This document shows, piece after piece, positions 37,254-47,175 of a stretch of 64,000 bases of DNA. The first letter of the stretch is position 1, and the number at the start of each line of letters is the position of its first letter. The notes beneath the pieces were generated by a model, which had not been told where the DNA came from, ran no database searches, and worked only from the letters and a program-made list of their open reading frames with translations. This DNA is from a virus. The stretch is from the IMG/VR virus record IMGVR_UViG_3300033553_000116, positions 50,247-114,246 of that record; one strand, written 5' to 3'. The position numbers and the translations under genes were made by a program.

Positions 37254-39479
37254 ATGAACCATAACCAAGGTGGCGGACTACCTGTGAGCGCAACACAGCT
37301 TAATCAACAAATGTATATCCAAGGTTTACCTAATAATATTCCTTTTCAACCACAAGTTCCATTATCCCAAAATGCGCAAACCTTTGCACAAGAAGCATTA
37401 GGTATCTTCTTACAAGAGCTACAGGATAAAGCATCTAAAAATCCAGCTCGTATTTTCTTATTCAACTTCTTAAGCCGTAACAACTATCAGAATAATGAAT
37501 TCAATGAAATCTTTATCAGTCTAACTGAATACATTGAAGCATTGGTTATGTTAAAGGGTATGCCAGTACGTCAGGCTATGCAAGACGCGGCTTCTGATCT
37601 ATGCTCTATGATGTCATCGATATATGTGTTAAAGTTCCAGCAGCTACAACAGATGCTCGATCAGAACGCATTGAATGCAGCACAGGGCTGGGCTCAGACT
37701 TATAATGATGTCCGTGGTTTCATTGATGGATATTCCCGTCAGCAACAACCAGGTGGCGGTCAACAGCAACAACAAGGTTGGGGTGGTCAAGGTCAACAAC
37801 AGAATCAGGGGTTCGGTCCATCTGGACAACAAGACGCTTGGCGTTCAGGCAATACACAAGAGGCTTGGCGTTCAGGCCAACCACAGGGATTTGGTCCTGC
37901 TACAGGTGGGCAAGGTTTCGGTGGACAAGGTCAGGGTCAAGGGTTTGGTGGACGTGGCCAGCCACAAGGTTTCGGTCCTGCAACAGGGGGTCAAGGTTTT
38001 GGTGGTGGACATGCAATGAATAATAGTGCGAATATGTTTTCTGACGGCAATCTTAATACTGATTCAGGTGGTGGTAGTGGACGTGGTCGTGAATTCGGCA
38101 CATCTCTTAAACCAAGAAATGCAGCAGTGAAAGATTCTTTTTCTAATTATAGTGAGGCACAACGTAGTACTGATAATGATGCTTGGGCTGCAGAAGCTAA
38201 TAGACATCTTAATGACGGGGCATCTGGTAGACGTGGGGGTAACCAATCTACATCTAATTGGGGAACGGATCCTAATGAAGAAAACTTCTTAGCAGAACCT
38301 TTCGCTGAATTACCTGCAGAACGTTTGTTCGATAGAATGGATACCAATGATGGTAAGGTAGCAACTGCAGCTCATCTTACCGATAAGAAAAAGGTATTCA
38401 CACCACAGCACCCTTACTCATTGGCGTTTGATCCTACACGTCAAGTTAAATATATCGTTGAGGATTCCATCTCTGGAATGACTTACGAATCAATCATAGC
38501 AATGGAGGAAGGTATGGATTACCTAAAACATGAAATGGATCCTGCAATACGTGGGTCGGTAGTAACACCTAATGACGGCGTCTCTGTTCCTAACTGGAAG
38601 CCTGTTTACGATAAAACAAGCAAGGACGATTTAACTGAAGCGGAGTTAGTTGAATTCCGTGATATTACTACGGTTAATGTTCCTTCTCCAGTCTTTAATA
38701 ATAATCATGCTTATTTACAAGTAATGAAAACATTAATTAAGAAAGGTTCTATCTTACCTGACGATACTGTTGAATATACATTTACAACAGCTGATGTGAT
38801 GTTTGAATTAGTTAACCCACAAAAGGTACATACTTACTTTGAAGATCTTATTCTAATTAAGACTGTAGACAAGTATGTAATTCATCTTGCTAAGTTAGCT
38901 AATGATCCTAGCTTCCCTACTCACATTTTAGTCAAGTTAGTTAAACGTGCAACTGATGCATTGAATACCGTTCTTTCTAAAGGTATGGGTCTTGATTGGG
39001 AAATCGAAAGCATCATTGAAGATTGGCTAGATCTTAAGGATCTATTCGCTGAACGTTTCGGTGAAGAACAATGTGCACACCTTTTAGATGTACTAAACTC
39101 TACAGGTTCTAAACCAATTATTTATTCAACGGTTCTGATTGACGGTGCTGTACGAGATGAGTTCTTAAAAGGTCAAGACTTTAATGGTACTGAATATGAA
39201 AACTACATGGAAAACTTATTTGTTATCGGTGATAAGATTCAGGTCACTACTGTCCCATACTTAGCTTCTGATTTATCTATTAGTTTAGAAGAAAAGGGTA
39301 GCGCTGTACTGAAGTCACATTTGCCTGAATTATTTAAAGGACTTAAAGGCATGGCAGAACGAGCAGATAAACAGGCTCCTGTATCTCATATTTATTTAGT
39401 CACTAAGGATTTAGTAGAACTAGAAGTCAATGTCGGTATTCTCGGTAAAGATTTCTATATCCTTTCAGAAAATAAATAA
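37254..39479 (+). CDS. Protein with Gly/Gln-rich QGFG-repeat disordered region
   Basis: 741 aa; six QGFG motifs in about aa 165-255. Confidence 0.8.
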   Translation: MNHNQGGGLPVSATQLNQQMYIQGLPNNIPFQPQVPLSQNAQTFAQEALGIFLQELQDKASKNPARIFLFNFLSRNNYQNNEFNEIFISLTEYIEALVMLKGMPVRQAMQDAASDLCSMMSSIYVLKFQQLQQMLDQNALNAAQGWAQTYNDVRGFIDGYSRQQQPGGGQQQQQGWGGQGQQQNQGFGPSGQQDAWRSGNTQEAWRSGQPQGFGPATGGQGFGGQGQGQGFGGRGQPQGFGPATGGQGFGGGHAMNNSANMFSDGNLNTDSGGGSGRGREFGTSLKPRNAAVKDSFSNYSEAQRSTDNDAWAAEANRHLNDGASGRRGGNQSTSNWGTDPNEENFLAEPFAELPAERLFDRMDTNDGKVATAAHLTDKKKVFTPQHPYSLAFDPTRQVKYIVEDSISGMTYESIIAMEEGMDYLKHEMDPAIRGSVVTPNDGVSVPNWKPVYDKTSKDDLTEAELVEFRDITTVNVPSPVFNNNHAYLQVMKTLIKKGSILPDDTVEYTFTTADVMFELVNPQKVHTYFEDLILIKTVDKYVIHLAKLANDPSFPTHILVKLVKRATDALNTVLSKGMGLDWEIESIIEDWLDLKDLFAERFGEEQCAHLLDVLNSTGSKPIIYSTVLIDGAVRDEFLKGQDFNGTEYENYMENLFVIGDKIQVTTVPYLASDLSISLEEKGSAVLKSHLPELFKGLKGMAERADKQAPVSHIYLVTKDLVELEVNVGILGKDFYILSENK

Positions 39480-39561
39480 TTAAAGTTTATCAAACAGTGG
39501 GTACCTAGTACCCATGTATAGACATTAACCAATATTAAAATATCAGGATAGGAGTCCTAAT

Positions 39562-39762
39562 ATGAGCACAGTACCACCAGTATTGGAAAAGACATCTAAC
39601 CGAGTCCTACATGGTCAATTAGTTGATCTAAAGGACGAAGTATCAAGTTGGCATCGTGAGACTGCTCCCATTGCATGTGATGGAATGATCACAATAGATT
39701 ACCGTAATTACAATAAACTGATTGCGCTGCTAAATTCTATAGATGAAAATTCTTTAATTTAA
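39562..39762 (+). CDS. Small hypothetical protein
   Basis: 66 aa, AGGAG SD. Confidence 0.55.
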   Translation: MSTVPPVLEKTSNRVLHGQLVDLKDEVSSWHRETAPIACDGMITIDYRNYNKLIALLNSIDENSLI

Positions 39763-39824
39763 TAATAATATTAAAAAGAGGGTGGGTAGCACCTACCTTT
39801 TTTTTTTTATCTTTAGGATGTAAT

Positions 39825-40448
39825 ATGGCTAAAAAATTAGATATAAGTAAATACGATTCCCCAGTAGTATCTGCTGAAGGAATCAGCGATGCAGTAGAAG
39901 AGATTGAATATGACTTCTATATTAAGGTAGATGACTTTGACCAACTAGCTAGTGCTAAATCAATGGTTGAGCAAGAGCAATGGAACATCCCATTTATCAA
40001 GACATCTATAACTGCTGAGGTACGTGTTAGAAAATGCGTATGTCCTACAGGTACTACGTTTGAACTTACAAACAAGATTAACATTGATGGTCTTGATGGT
40101 AAGTGGGAACTAGAGCGGGATATAGAAAGACATCACTTCGAAGAAATCAAAGCGTTATCTAAACAGGGCATGACTAAGAATCGTTATTACTACCCTATTA
40201 ATGGTACAGATATGGTTTGGGAAGTTGATGTGTTCTTTGATGATAAGGGTAAGCCTATCCCATGGGTTAAGATTGACTTAGAAGTACATTCACGACTTAG
40301 TGCAGCTGATATTCCACCTTTACCTATTACTGGTTCTCAGGTTATCATGGCACAACGTGGTGAGCGTACTGCTGAAGAAGAGGCTTTGGTTAATAAGCTT
40401 TATAAGCAGACATACGTTAGACGTAAAGCTGCTGAGGAGAGAGCATGA
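39825..40448 (+). CDS. CYTH-domain (triphosphate tunnel) protein
   Basis: EIEYxF, VRVRK, WELERDI, KNRY, WEVDVF, KIDLEV. Confidence 0.75.
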   Translation: MAKKLDISKYDSPVVSAEGISDAVEEIEYDFYIKVDDFDQLASAKSMVEQEQWNIPFIKTSITAEVRVRKCVCPTGTTFELTNKINIDGLDGKWELERDIERHHFEEIKALSKQGMTKNRYYYPINGTDMVWEVDVFFDDKGKPIPWVKIDLEVHSRLSAADIPPLPITGSQVIMAQRGERTAEEEALVNKLYKQTYVRRKAAEERA

Positions 40449-40473
40449 AAATTAATAGTAGGGGTGGAAACTA

Positions 40474-40941
40474 ATGTCGATTAAAGGATTGATGACAGTA
40501 GGTGCAATAGTTATGTTAGCTAGGCCATCTGCCCCCGTATTCAAACCACTAGAAACAACGGCATATACATACTTCCATAAGTTAGATGATCAGGGCATGT
40601 TGTTGAGTCCTACTACTGATACTACAATGGCACTGTTAACACCAGGTGTAATACAATACGGTACTACCACAATAGGTGCTGGAGCTACTACTGATACTAA
40701 ATTGGTACTTAGTACACCCGGGGTAATACAATACGGTATTATAGGTACTATGCCGACAGCTACCACCGATACTAAACTAGCCCTTAATACGCCCGGAGTA
40801 ATACAATACGGTATTATAGGCACTATGTCGGCAGCTACTACTGATACTAAATTGTTACTTGGGACACCAGGTGTAATACAATACGGTACTATAGGCACTA
40901 TGCCACCAGCTACCGCTCCATCATATATGACGGTATATTAA
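40474..40941 (+). CDS. Tandem-repeat virion protein
   Basis: Four ~25-aa repeats TTDTKLxLxTPGVIQYGxIG. Confidence 0.65.
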   Translation: MSIKGLMTVGAIVMLARPSAPVFKPLETTAYTYFHKLDDQGMLLSPTTDTTMALLTPGVIQYGTTTIGAGATTDTKLVLSTPGVIQYGIIGTMPTATTDTKLALNTPGVIQYGIIGTMSAATTDTKLLLGTPGVIQYGTIGTMPPATAPSYMTVY

Positions 40942-40961
40942 ATTAAAGGAAGCAATAAATA

Positions 40962-41462
40962 ATGGATACAGTTACATTTTACCCACCTGTTTACTCAGGA
41001 GTTACCAATACCTATGAAACACATGAAGGACTATTTGCTGAAGCATTCTATTTCTATAAAGAAAATCAAACTAGGGAAATGCATTTTTTTAAAGGAGTGC
41101 CTCCAACCGAAGCTGAGTTTTTAGAGTTCATGCCAGCAGATAGATCATCTGACTTACTAACCTCGGGAGATTTAGTTCCCGACAATCTAGCTCAGAGGTT
41201 ATATAACCCGAACGAGAAATTAGATAGTGACTGGTATGGTGTATTGACGAATGACGTTCCAATGCTTGGTGTAGCCAATGGATTAATGGAATGGATGGTA
41301 TTGGGGCTAGATGATCAGTGGATTATGGTACCAATGGTTATAGATATCACCGAGACAGGACCTTCTCCAGTTATCTTTATGGATCGCAATGTAGTACTTG
41401 GCGAGACCGTTAACTTAACATACCTCAATATATCAATCAACCCGTTTAAAGTCGGTGTTTAA
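40962..41462 (+). CDS. Putative tail/baseplate structural protein
   Basis: 166 aa, beta-rich; synteny. Confidence 0.5.
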   Translation: MDTVTFYPPVYSGVTNTYETHEGLFAEAFYFYKENQTREMHFFKGVPPTEAEFLEFMPADRSSDLLTSGDLVPDNLAQRLYNPNEKLDSDWYGVLTNDVPMLGVANGLMEWMVLGLDDQWIMVPMVIDITETGPSPVIFMDRNVVLGETVNLTYLNISINPFKVGV

Positions 41463-41495
41463 TATGTTAAATAAAATACAAGGATACTCGCAATA

Positions 41496-42164
41496 ATGAA
41501 AATACTTTTAAACCGTCGAATGAAAAAACGACTTTACTCCTCAGTTGATTGCATCCACAGTAGAATTACATTCTTTAATCCCAAGGTCAACACCAGCTAT
41601 TTATGCATTAGCGGAACGTCGATAACCGCTGCTGATGCACAGATATTGCGCGATAAGGTAAATGTAATTGGTTCCCCGTGGCTGGATGGTACTACGGCAA
41701 TGTTAACATTCGCTAAAAAGACAGTTAATTTTAGAACTGCCATTGGCGAACTGGTGGCAACATATACTTATGACTTTGTTACTCCAGGCTCCACCTACAA
41801 TTACGTTGATGACGCGGCGTACACTAGAGGTAGCTATGGGTATTTCCAAGTTGCCCGTCTTATAAGAGGCGGCTGGAAAATGAAGCAAAATTATGACGGC
41901 GATCTAATAATGACATTACTACCAGATATGCTACTGCCTGTAATAGATGGAATGGGTGGTAAGGTAATTACCTCAGTAGATGTTAATCTGTATGATGGTA
42001 CCAATACAAAAAGAGCTATGTTAGAAGCAAGTGTTTCTAACTACGGTGGAAGTGGTACTATTAAAATGAATGATAACACTGCTAGAGCAGGTGGTGAAAT
42101 TAGACTTATGGGAATGGACGACTATGTAATCAAAATGCCACGTAGTTTCGATTTAGTAATTTAA
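41496..42164 (+). CDS. Putative tail/baseplate structural protein
   Basis: 222 aa; SVSNYGGSGTIKMND pattern. Confidence 0.5.
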   Translation: MKILLNRRMKKRLYSSVDCIHSRITFFNPKVNTSYLCISGTSITAADAQILRDKVNVIGSPWLDGTTAMLTFAKKTVNFRTAIGELVATYTYDFVTPGSTYNYVDDAAYTRGSYGYFQVARLIRGGWKMKQNYDGDLIMTLLPDMLLPVIDGMGGKVITSVDVNLYDGTNTKRAMLEASVSNYGGSGTIKMNDNTARAGGEIRLMGMDDYVIKMPRSFDLVI

Positions 42165-42217
42165 CGACATAAAAGGAGAGTGGGTTGCCCCACTCTCTAA
42201 TATGCTTTTTTTTTTGT

Positions 42218-44308
42218 TTAAAGTATCGTTTCACTGATAACTGTAAGAGTACTTCTAGGTAGCGCCATGCGTATATGATCAACTGATCTAGCCAATGTAC
42301 TGTAATCTATTGTAGAGTCCAGTGTAAGCTGATGTTGGTCATACTTATCTTCCTGTTGTAACATATCAATTTTAGTATCCAATGACAATTCATGTGCAGA
42401 CTTGTGCCCTACATCAATTGCAACCTTATTTAAAATATCAATACGAAGTCCAGTATTCATCTTAGCATCTATATCACCAGTACGTACAGCTAACCAATCC
42501 CAAACTAATATAGGTTCAGGGTTAGTCTCTCTAGTATACTGGACATTATAACTACTTAGCTGTGACATTATCTCTAACATAGCTTTCTGTATACCTGCTA
42601 CAGAAATGTCATTTATAAAAGTAACACCAGTAACTTGTTTTACAATTTCTTCATAGAAGTAACTAAATTCAAATTCAGCTAATCCAGCAAGATCTATACC
42701 TTTAACATTTAACCACTCATCAAACGTAGCTTGTCCACCACTTATATCAAAGTCCGAAGTGATATAAAGATTGTTCATTATACCTTCGACAGCTCCACGA
42801 CCCATCTGATGCTCTTGAAGAGAGTATATCTCCCTATACTTATAGAAGTCTTCGTGTAATTGTTTAACTTTATAAGCAAAGGTATAGTTATACGGTACTT
42901 CACTATTATCAGTAACAGCATTAGTTGCAGCTTCTAATACTTCAGGGGTAATATATTTATCCGGTATCTTACTTCTAATCTCTTCTTCGGTGAGATTAAA
43001 TGCATTGCGTCTAACCATATTGGCAGTGAGTTTTGGTATGTTATCAATCTTTAATCCATTAGCCATGTTGTAACAATAAATAAATAGAAGGAATGCATCT
43101 TTGGCATTTACTCTAAGTTCTTTATTAGTCTTGGGGTTAATGAATTTAAAGACTGCAGTGTACTTACCGATAGCAGCCCAATACAACCAATAGTTTAAAA
43201 GCTCCTTAGTTAATATAACGACACCGCTACCACTAAAGTCTAGGATAGAAGATTCCAATATCTTAGTTTTAAACGCATCACGCTTAGCATTAAGGATACT
43301 ATATGTCTTTGTCTCTATTGTCTCAGCCATAACGTCAGTGTTACTTTTGGCGATATTACGTTCCTTATAAAGGACGTCTTCTAAAGTAAACTCTTCAACA
43401 GACCTAGGTGTATGGTACCTATTTAAAGGAGCGCGAACAAAGATAGGTTCTTTCTTACCAGTCAGTAACATTTCATCTGAGGCGTTCTTAAGATTAAACT
43501 CAGCAAGGCCCATACCTCGTTCGGTCATTATTTTATCAACTAACCAATCAAATGTATTTTGTTTACCTGCATTACGTTCAATGTAAAGGATATTCCTATA
43601 TAGGAAAAGTGCCTGACTAATTGTTAAGTATGAATAATGTTTATCTAATCTACCATGACTCTTTAAGTATTCTCGGATATGGAAACTATGAACTGTATTA
43701 GTCTTAGTGTTCTCTAATCTAATCCCCATTAACCAAGCTGGTATATTGTAATACATAATACCTAGATGACTAGCTAGATATAAATCATCCGATACTATAT
43801 AGGCAGGGTTATTCCAACGAGTTGCATAATTGTTAATTCTATCCTGCAACTTAGCAATCACATTTGTTTCTTGAACTTCTATTAATCCAGTACTCCAACG
43901 CAATATTTTATAATCCTCTGCATTGATTGCTTCATCTAACGGAGTAGGATTTAATATACCACGAATTAGAAGTTCTTGTTCAGGATGTTTTTCCACTAGA
44001 GTTTTGTAATATTCAGTGTGTGGCTGGTAATATCTTTTAGTAACAGGATGTAATTTTAAATTGCTAACTGTAAATTCTATAGTCTCTTTCGTATCGAAAC
44101 TAGATACATACATAGGAACATCTAAAAAATGGACGATACCAGATAAATTAAGAAAGTACTTCCATGTACTTTGGTCGGTTGATATTTGATGACCGTGAGC
44201 TTCTAGATATTTATTAATCTCTAAGGCTGAAGCTAGGTTTTTTATAACCAACGATTTAGTCAGAGTCAATGTCTCTTCTAAGTAACGTCTATAGTCTGTA
44301 GTAGACAT
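42218..44308 (-). CDS. Conserved virion structural protein (phiKZ gp128-like)
   Basis: 696 aa; WKYFLNLSG, HSFHIREYLKSH, YIERNAGKQ; divergent from probable portal as in phiKZ. Confidence 0.7.
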   Translation of the reverse strand: MSTTDYRRYLEETLTLTKSLVIKNLASALEINKYLEAHGHQISTDQSTWKYFLNLSGIVHFLDVPMYVSSFDTKETIEFTVSNLKLHPVTKRYYQPHTEYYKTLVEKHPEQELLIRGILNPTPLDEAINAEDYKILRWSTGLIEVQETNVIAKLQDRINNYATRWNNPAYIVSDDLYLASHLGIMYYNIPAWLMGIRLENTKTNTVHSFHIREYLKSHGRLDKHYSYLTISQALFLYRNILYIERNAGKQNTFDWLVDKIMTERGMGLAEFNLKNASDEMLLTGKKEPIFVRAPLNRYHTPRSVEEFTLEDVLYKERNIAKSNTDVMAETIETKTYSILNAKRDAFKTKILESSILDFSGSGVVILTKELLNYWLYWAAIGKYTAVFKFINPKTNKELRVNAKDAFLLFIYCYNMANGLKIDNIPKLTANMVRRNAFNLTEEEIRSKIPDKYITPEVLEAATNAVTDNSEVPYNYTFAYKVKQLHEDFYKYREIYSLQEHQMGRGAVEGIMNNLYITSDFDISGGQATFDEWLNVKGIDLAGLAEFEFSYFYEEIVKQVTGVTFINDISVAGIQKAMLEIMSQLSSYNVQYTRETNPEPILVWDWLAVRTGDIDAKMNTGLRIDILNKVAIDVGHKSAHELSLDTKIDMLQQEDKYDQHQLTLDSTIDYSTLARSVDHIRMALPRSTLTVISETIL

Positions 44309-44337
44309 GAATAATCCTCCAAAAGGGAGTTGAATAA

Positions 44338-47061
44338 GTGAGTAATGATAAAGTTTTACCTTTAGGGCAAAGTGTTAGCAGTGAAGCCCGTCACCCTAAA
44401 TTACAGGCAATTAAAAAAGATCCAGTAGCGATGGCAGTAGCTTCAAAGTTACTTCCTGATAGAGACGCTTGGCGCTCTAATCGTAATGGTCAACAGAATG
44501 CACCACCTTCAGAGGGTCTAGCTAGAAAAATCTCTGATAGATCTACCCAGAACATTACAGATAATAATAATATATTCCAGCTATTACCTGATACAGAACT
44601 AGCAATGCAAATTCTTATTAGTAGTATATTATCTCCTAAAGATATGGTAACTGTTGAGCTTGGATATCGCTGTTCTTCCAAATCCTTAGATGCAGAGATG
44701 TCTGGTCAAATGTTAGAGGTTATAAGAACCCATTTTGATGACAACTATAAGATTAAATCTATACTACCTAAAATCCTAGAAGAGTCTTTATTTAAGAAAG
44801 GTTGCTATCCTACATTGGTGCTACCTGAGAATTCCATAGACCAAGTTATTAATGGTAATGATAAAGTTACCTTTGAGTCTTTTTCAGGTGAGCTAACTGA
44901 GGATAAGAAATCAGTTAAACGAAGTATCGGTATATTAGGGTCACCTAAAGCATCTACTGAAGATGCTTGGTCATTGGAGAGCGCATTCAGTGCCACAGCA
45001 TCATGTTCACACGCTGACTCCAAGGTTGCCTTTGGTGCTAAAGCTGCAGCATTAATGGCTGATCTAGTAGTTACTGATAATACTAATGCATTAAGAATGC
45101 CAGCCGTTATGAAGAAGATGAAGGCTGAGAAGTTACAAGACGTTATGGGTATGAGAAAGGCCAGTACTGAAGCACGTGATGTGTTTGATGACAATGGTAA
45201 GAAGATACCGGGTGGTAAAGAGATTACTAACCAAGAGGTATCTAGTACCTTTTATAAGGCTCGTAACTATCAACAAGATTCATACGGTGCACTCAAAGCC
45301 AAAAAGCCTGGTTCTGGCATTGGTCACCCACTAGTAATGAAACTACCAGCTGAGTCAGTAATCCCAGTACATACACCGGCTAACCCTGAAGACCATGTAG
45401 CATACTTTATACTACTGGATATGTTTGGTAACCCACTAAGTCGTGTAACTGAATCTGATTATTACAGAGACCTGTCTTCAAACATTGGTTCCTCTGGCAT
45501 TAGCTCACAGTTGTTGCAACAAGGTGATAGATCTGCCAATGGTAGACAAGACCAAACTGGTCAGCAGGAAACTACTGAGATGGTTAGACTTTATTCTGAA
45601 GTTGTTGAAAAAGATTTAATGCAACGACTTAAGAATGGTCTCTACGGTGAAGACATTGAGATTGCTAGGCCAATGGACGTCTATCAAGTAATGATGGCAA
45701 GAGCACTAGCTCAGAAGGGTACACAGATCCTATTTGTTCCAGCTGAGTTAGTTTCTTATATGGCATTTTCTTATAATGGATATGGTGTTGGTAAATCATT
45801 ATTGGATGATAATAAAATCTTAGCAAGTATGCGTGCAATGTTATTGTTCTCAAATACAATGGCTGCTATTAAAAACAGTACTGGTAAGACAGGTGTTAAG
45901 ATTGAATTAGATCCTGATGATCCAGATGCATCAGGTACTGTAGAGTACATGCTACATGAGTTTGCCAAGAACCGACAAAGTGGATATCCATTAGGTGCTT
46001 CTAATCCAGTTGACTTAATTGACTTCTTACAGAACGCCGGTGTTGATGTACAGGTTAGTGGTTCTTCAGCTTATCCAGAAACTAAACTGGAAGTTGAAGA
46101 CTATAACTCTAACCATGTAACTATTGATGGTGATTTAGATGAAGATATCAAACGTAAGTATTTCATGTCCTTGGGACTTTCTCCAGAGACAGTAGATGGT
46201 GCAGCTGATATTGAATTCGCTACCAGTATCGTAACTAGTAACCTACTATTGACTAAACGTGTCATTATGTATCAAGATGCACTAACTGAACAAGTAAGTG
46301 AATTTATTGGTATGTACACCACTAACTCCGGTGATCTTTGGTCTGCACTATTGACTATCATTGATGAATCAAAAGCTACATTAAGTCAAGAGCTTAAGGA
46401 TGCTACTCCTGAAGAAATTATTATGGAGTTCCTAAATACATTAGAGGTTCATTTACCTAGACCTGAGTCTGCTAAGATAGAGAATCAAATGGAAGGGTTT
46501 GATCTATATGTTGAATTCCTTGAGAAAGCAGTTGACTCTTATCTAAGTGAAGACATATTTTCTATTGATGGTTTCGATGATGTAGAAGGTGCTATGGATT
46601 CTGTTAAATTTGCTTTAATGGCTCATTATAAACGTGACTGGTTACGTAACAATAATGTCCTACCTGAGCTAATGGATATGGTACTGGCTGATTCTGAAGG
46701 CAAACCAGTAATGGACTTGGCCGATATACATGGTAAACATCTAGAGTCTATTGGTAACTCAGTTAATACTTTAATCATTAAACTTAAGAAGGATCAAGCT
46801 AAACGTGTACGTAAAGCTGAAAAGGCTGAAGCTAAGCTTGAGGAGGATGAACAAAAGTATCAAGATAAATTAACTGCAGAGGCTGATGCAGCAGCAGAAG
46901 AGGAAGCTCCTGAAGAAGAGGATGGTGATGAGGCTGATGGTGGAGACACCGAAGGCGCTGACCCAGATGCAGAAGCAGATCCCGATGCTGAAGCTGACTC
47001 TGATCCTGATGCTGAAGAAGAGGATGTTCCTGAGGAAGAGGATGCTCCTGAACTAGTATAA
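44338..47061 (+). CDS. Probable portal protein (phiKZ gp129-like) with acidic tail
   Basis: 907 aa; LLPDTELAMQILISSILSPKDM, G.GKSLLD; synteny; Asp/Glu-rich C-terminus. Confidence 0.7.
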   Translation: MSNDKVLPLGQSVSSEARHPKLQAIKKDPVAMAVASKLLPDRDAWRSNRNGQQNAPPSEGLARKISDRSTQNITDNNNIFQLLPDTELAMQILISSILSPKDMVTVELGYRCSSKSLDAEMSGQMLEVIRTHFDDNYKIKSILPKILEESLFKKGCYPTLVLPENSIDQVINGNDKVTFESFSGELTEDKKSVKRSIGILGSPKASTEDAWSLESAFSATASCSHADSKVAFGAKAAALMADLVVTDNTNALRMPAVMKKMKAEKLQDVMGMRKASTEARDVFDDNGKKIPGGKEITNQEVSSTFYKARNYQQDSYGALKAKKPGSGIGHPLVMKLPAESVIPVHTPANPEDHVAYFILLDMFGNPLSRVTESDYYRDLSSNIGSSGISSQLLQQGDRSANGRQDQTGQQETTEMVRLYSEVVEKDLMQRLKNGLYGEDIEIARPMDVYQVMMARALAQKGTQILFVPAELVSYMAFSYNGYGVGKSLLDDNKILASMRAMLLFSNTMAAIKNSTGKTGVKIELDPDDPDASGTVEYMLHEFAKNRQSGYPLGASNPVDLIDFLQNAGVDVQVSGSSAYPETKLEVEDYNSNHVTIDGDLDEDIKRKYFMSLGLSPETVDGAADIEFATSIVTSNLLLTKRVIMYQDALTEQVSEFIGMYTTNSGDLWSALLTIIDESKATLSQELKDATPEEIIMEFLNTLEVHLPRPESAKIENQMEGFDLYVEFLEKAVDSYLSEDIFSIDGFDDVEGAMDSVKFALMAHYKRDWLRNNNVLPELMDMVLADSEGKPVMDLADIHGKHLESIGNSVNTLIIKLKKDQAKRVRKAEKAEAKLEEDEQKYQDKLTAEADAAAEEEAPEEEDGDEADGGDTEGADPDAEADPDAEADSDPDAEEEDVPEEEDAPELV

Positions 47062-47175
47062 TTAACCCGTATGAGAGTAGCTTCGGCTACTCTCATTTAT
47101 TTACATTTTATTGAATCTTATGAGTGCGTTTCTTTTTGATTGAGAAATAACAAGTAATTATAGGAAGGGTTTATA

